NCBI RefSeq assembly: GCF_006345805.1
Contig: NW_021827026.1
Coordinates: forward strand, 1 to 11,134
Direction: 5' to 3'
DNA: 11,134 bases
From: Octopus sinensis
Lineage: Eukaryota
In this document: piece by piece, positions 7,528 to 11,134 of the stretch
Numbering within the stretch: position 1 is the first letter of the stretch
How the letters are laid out: each line of letters opens with the position of its first letter
Made by a program: the position numbers and the translations under genes
Notes under the pieces: generated by a model
Told to the model about the DNA's origin: nothing
Databases searched by the model: none
Seen by the model: only the letters and a program-made list of their open reading frames with translations

Positions 7528-7895
7528 AAATTCATCGCGGGTAATCTCATCGCCATATCATTAAATTTCAAGTTAGTTATATTATAAGACAAAAAAATTC
7601 CATCACTAGTTAATTACGTCGCAAAATGTAAAATAATTACATCGTAAAATAATTAATTCCATCCCAAGCTAATTACATCATAAGATAATTATATCGTAAA
7701 ATAATTACGTCATAAGGTAAATCGGATCGTAAGTTAATTATACCGTAAGACAATTACATCATAAGGTAATAATATCTCAAGTTAATTACGTCGCATGAAA
7801 ATTACAGCCTACGGTAATTACGTCGCAAGAAAGTTAAATCGCGAAATAATTCCGTCACACGTTAATTACATCGCTAGCCAATTAATTATCGATAC
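7528..7895 (+). repeat. Degenerate 16-bp minisatellite, approx. consensus AATTACRTCRYAAGNT, about 22 units
   Basis: Unit starts at 7655, 7671, 7687, 7703, 7719, 7736, 7752, 7768, 7784, 7800, 7816, 7832, 7848, 7864 and 7880, plus upstream units at 7543-7650. Confidence 0.85.
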
Positions 7896-7958
7896 ATTCA
7901 CCACCATACCGTTTGACTACGGACCATACACATTATAAACAGATTATATATTGATCAT

Positions 7959-8476
7959 GTGGAGGCGCAATGGCCCAGTGGTTAGGGCAACGGACTCGCG
8001 GTCGTAGGATTGCGGTTTCGATTCCCAGACCGGGCATTGTGAGTGTTTATTGAGCGAAAACACCTAAAGCTCCACGAGGCTCTGGCAGGGGGTAGTGGCG
8101 ACCCCTGTTGTACTCTTTCACCACAACTTTCTCTCACTCTTTCTTCCTGTTTTAGCTGTACCTGTATTTCAAAGAGCCAGCCTTGTCACGCTTAATCTCC
8201 CAGAGAATTACGTTAAGGGTACACGTGTCTGTGGTGTGCTCAGCCACTTGCACGTTAATAAATGAGCTGCGGCGTCACTGGGGCCAAGCTGTATCGGCCC
8301 CTTTGCCTTTCCCTTGGATAACACTGGTGGTGTGGAGAGGGGAGGCTGGTATACGTGGGCGACTGCTGGTCTTAAATAAACAAATTTGCACGGACTTGTG
8401 CCTCGGAGGGAAACTTTCTAGGTGCAATTCCATGGTTATTCATGACCGAAGGAGATCACCAAAAAATAAAAAAAAA
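7959..8476 (+). mobile_element. Full-length tRNA-derived SINE (third family) with an A-rich tail and an 11-bp TSD
   Basis: A box tggcccagtgg (7971-7981), B box ggtttcgattcc, tail 8461-8476, TSD atattgatcat at 7948-7958 and 8477-8487. Confidence 0.92.
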
Positions 8477-9020
8477 ATATTGATCATATATACATCCGTA
8501 AACATTGAAGTAGAGCGTTGTAGCTTGCTTGAAATATTGTGATAAACAAGTAAAATAGCAAAGCAGTGAAGATGGAGAACTTGTTATAGACCGAAAAAGG
8601 AAAAAAAAAAGAGATTAATAATTTCATTGTTTAAAGTTTTATTTGCAGAGTAAATAAACACGTCGCCATTCATTAACAACGAAAAGTCTGTTTATTTGCT
8701 AGTTCGTTCAATTGTAGAATACTGGGCAGCCATTTTAGATGAACTGGATTTTCTCAACGAAATTACTGCGCAGATGATACATTAGTTCTGAATAGTTTGA
8801 CCGAAGCTTTGCTATTATCCGATATGATACTCTTTCAAAGGTGTGATACGCCACCACCACCACAATCCGCCGCCGCCGCCACCTCCGTCGCCATCATATA
8901 TATATATTCCTATGTATGCATGTATATATGTATAAATTTTTATGCACATCAGATATATGTATACATAAAGATATGCATTTACGTGTGTATTCGCGTGTGT
9001 GTGTGTGTGTGTATAAATAT

Positions 9021-9092
9021 ATATATCCTTTTATTCTTTTGAAATAAAGAATATATATATATATATCCTTTTATTCTTTTGAAAAAAAGAAT

Positions 9093-9100
<8 letters not shown>
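9021..9100 (+). repeat. Tandem 40-bp duplication embedded in (TA)n
   Basis: 9021-9060 and 9061-9100 differ at one base. Confidence 0.9.
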
Positions 9101-9163
<63 letters not shown>

Positions 9164-9658
9164 TTTAATATATATAACATATATATATTACTATATAAAC
9201 TATAGGTTTGATACGATTTTGTACTCGATGTTTACAGTTATAACACGAAGCAGATGTAGACTTAATGGACATATTACGCTAATGTTTCGCTCCGTTTTCT
9301 TATCTATTAATCCCCAGGCAGCGATTATGTTTTTAACGCTGTTGACACCACCAGATTGAATGGTACTGTCTAAGTGTCGAAACCATAAGGATTTCCGTTA
9401 CAGCAGCTGATGGTGGAAATATTTGTTTGATAAGCTTGTTCTCTATGAATCTTATATATCTTAGGATCTCGTTATTCTGAATTGTTCTTCATTATCGTAA
9501 AGTTGAACTAGTTTATGATGCTTTTGTTGCTTGTATCGTTACATATATATATATATATAGATATACTGCATAATTTTCTTCGTTGATAATCTAAGCTAAG
9601 GTAATACTAAACTAAGGGTTTCTGCTTATATATATATATATATATTATATATATATAT

Positions 9659-9702
<44 letters not shown>

Positions 9703-9718
9703 TCATAGATATGTATAA

Positions 9719-9928
9719 GGAGCTTGCGGAATCGTTAGCATGTCAGGTGAAATGCTTAGCGGCATTTCGTCTGCCGCTACGTTCTGAATTCAAATTTCGT
9801 CGAGGTCAGCGTTGCCTTTTATTATTTCGGCGTCAATAAATTAAGTACCAGTTGAGTACTGGGGTCGATGTAATCGATTATCCCCTCCCGCCAATTTCAA
9901 GCCTTGTGCCTATAGTAGAAACGATTAT
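9719..9928 (+). mobile_element. Older copy of the 6806 SINE family, including its 3' part
   Basis: Shared blocks gaaatgcttagc, tttcgtctgccgctacgttctga and ataaattaagtaccagtt. Confidence 0.85.
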
Positions 9929-9989
9929 ATAGATATATATATGTTTGTATATATATATATATATATATATGTATATACCCACGTGTGTC

Positions 9990-10170
9990 TGCGTGCGTGT
10001 ATATATTTTCGTGTTTGTGTTTGCCCCACTCCGTGTTGGTTTGGTTACGTTTCCTTAACTTAGAGATTTGATAAAAAAGAGACCAATAGAATAAGTACAA
10101 GGTCTATTTCTTCGACTAATCCTTAGAAGGTGGTACCCCAGCATGGCCACACTGCAATAACTGAAACAGG
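9990..10170 (+). mobile_element. Diverged 3' half of the 2969-3346 SINE family
   Basis: Shared blocks gagacc.atagaataagtac, ccagcatg and act.aaaca.g. Confidence 0.7.
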
Positions 10171-10183
10171 TATATATGTATAT

Positions 10184-10314
10184 ATCAAAATAAGCAACAA
10201 GTATATCTAAGGTAGAGTAGTACAATTGTTTCATGCTACTTCATTTTAATAAAATAAAGTAGCATGAAACAATTGTACTACACTACCTTGGATATCCTTG
10301 TTGCTTATTTTGAT
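10184..10314. repeat. 131-bp near-perfect palindrome: 65-bp arms, 4 mismatches, 1-nt centre
   Basis: Arms 10184-10248 and 10250-10314 were compared base by base (61/65). Confidence 0.95.
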
Positions 10315-10412
10315 TATAATCACCCACATTTGATTTATATGGATAATGCCATACAAAATTTTGCTGCCTTTGACTTAAGTACCATATTCATCTGAATCTA
10401 AATTTTTCTCAA

Positions 10413-10415
<3 letters not shown>

Positions 10416-10455
<40 letters not shown>

Positions 10456-10550
10456 GTATGCATGTAAGTGTGGTGTGTGTCTGTGTGTGCATGTGTTTGT
10501 GTGTAAGTGTTTTTGTGTATGTGTATGTGTGAGTGTAAATTTATATATAG
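10416..10550. repeat. Compound (TA)n/(TG)n microsatellite
   Basis: Read directly from the sequence. Confidence 0.9.
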
Positions 10551-11134
10551 ATTGGCATATCATTGAGGGTGTTGCTTGACATTGAAATCGAATGTGGTGA
10601 ATCTTTCTTTGCTAATAAGGCGGTAGTTAAAGAACAGATAAAATGTCTATAAAGATGGCGAGCAAAAAGATACAAAAAAAAAATACCGTATATCCGTAAC
10701 ACCCACACATGAAATAGATAAATATTTCAGATAACGTAACATGAATTCCGTAAAGAAAGCGATATTATAAGGTCAATCAACCTGCTAGAAATAACAGGCA
10801 AATTCAGTATTGTGCGGGAATTTCTTTGCTGTTAAATTTACAGCGATGAAAAGAATTCATCTGTGACGAAAGACAAAAGTCGGGAATACCGGAAATAGCG
10901 ACAAGCCAACTCACTCAGCCATTTGCAACTGTCTCGGCCATCGCAGCGGCTACGGCAGCCATTTTTGATTAACATAATTTTCAGCTTTAACGCACAATGA
11001 ATCACTATGCAACACTATAACTGCAACACAAAAACAACGAGTATATATATAAAACGTTTGGTTTAGTTGTGGCTGTTTGCTCAGAGAGTTTCCTTCGAAA
11101 CGAGGGGTTTGTGTTTCGATCTTGCAATGCGATA

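Noticed and set aside
8183-8542. 119-aa plus-strand ORF
   Set aside because: It lies within a non-coding SINE and its flank, has a TTG start and shows no recognisable domain.
8835-8894. Minus-strand mini-ORF MATEVAAAADCGGGGVSHL in a CCG/CCA tract
   Set aside because: It stops after 19 codons, has no good donor, and is explained by a short trinucleotide tract.
9290-9400. Possible inverted SINE relic
   Set aside because: The similarity is too patchy to support by eye.
10321-10375. Minus-strand peptide KGSKILYG resembling the upstream IP3R motif (V.YG..IQL.H)
   Set aside because: There is an in-frame stop just upstream, no convincing acceptor or donor, and similarity does not continue. The preceding exon is probably outside the window.

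Overview
AT-rich, microsatellite-dense animal genomic DNA. The repeat families look like those of Octopus/coleoid cephalopods (inference from recognition, not a search). The window is almost entirely intronic. Two short minus-strand coding exons that the ORF track misses (6696-6616 and 928-831) splice in frame into VMLQEFNAKNAQFRILPQYKVKSEGEV|VQIYDQIVFESIKSPGHYFHASQSFQIDHFTIG, the N-terminal region of a divergent IP3-receptor-like Ca2+ channel. The introns hold two non-autonomous Helitrons, several tRNA-derived SINEs, an RTE LINE 3' end, a higher-order tandem repeat, a 16-bp minisatellite and four fold-back hairpins. The most unusual features are two different minimal hammerhead-ribozyme-like motifs of the Penelope-associated type, each with an inverted truncated copy of itself. 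One of them lies in a tRNA-head + (AAT)n + hammerhead composite bounded by a 12-bp target-site duplication. None of the listed six-frame ORFs is supported as a real gene.
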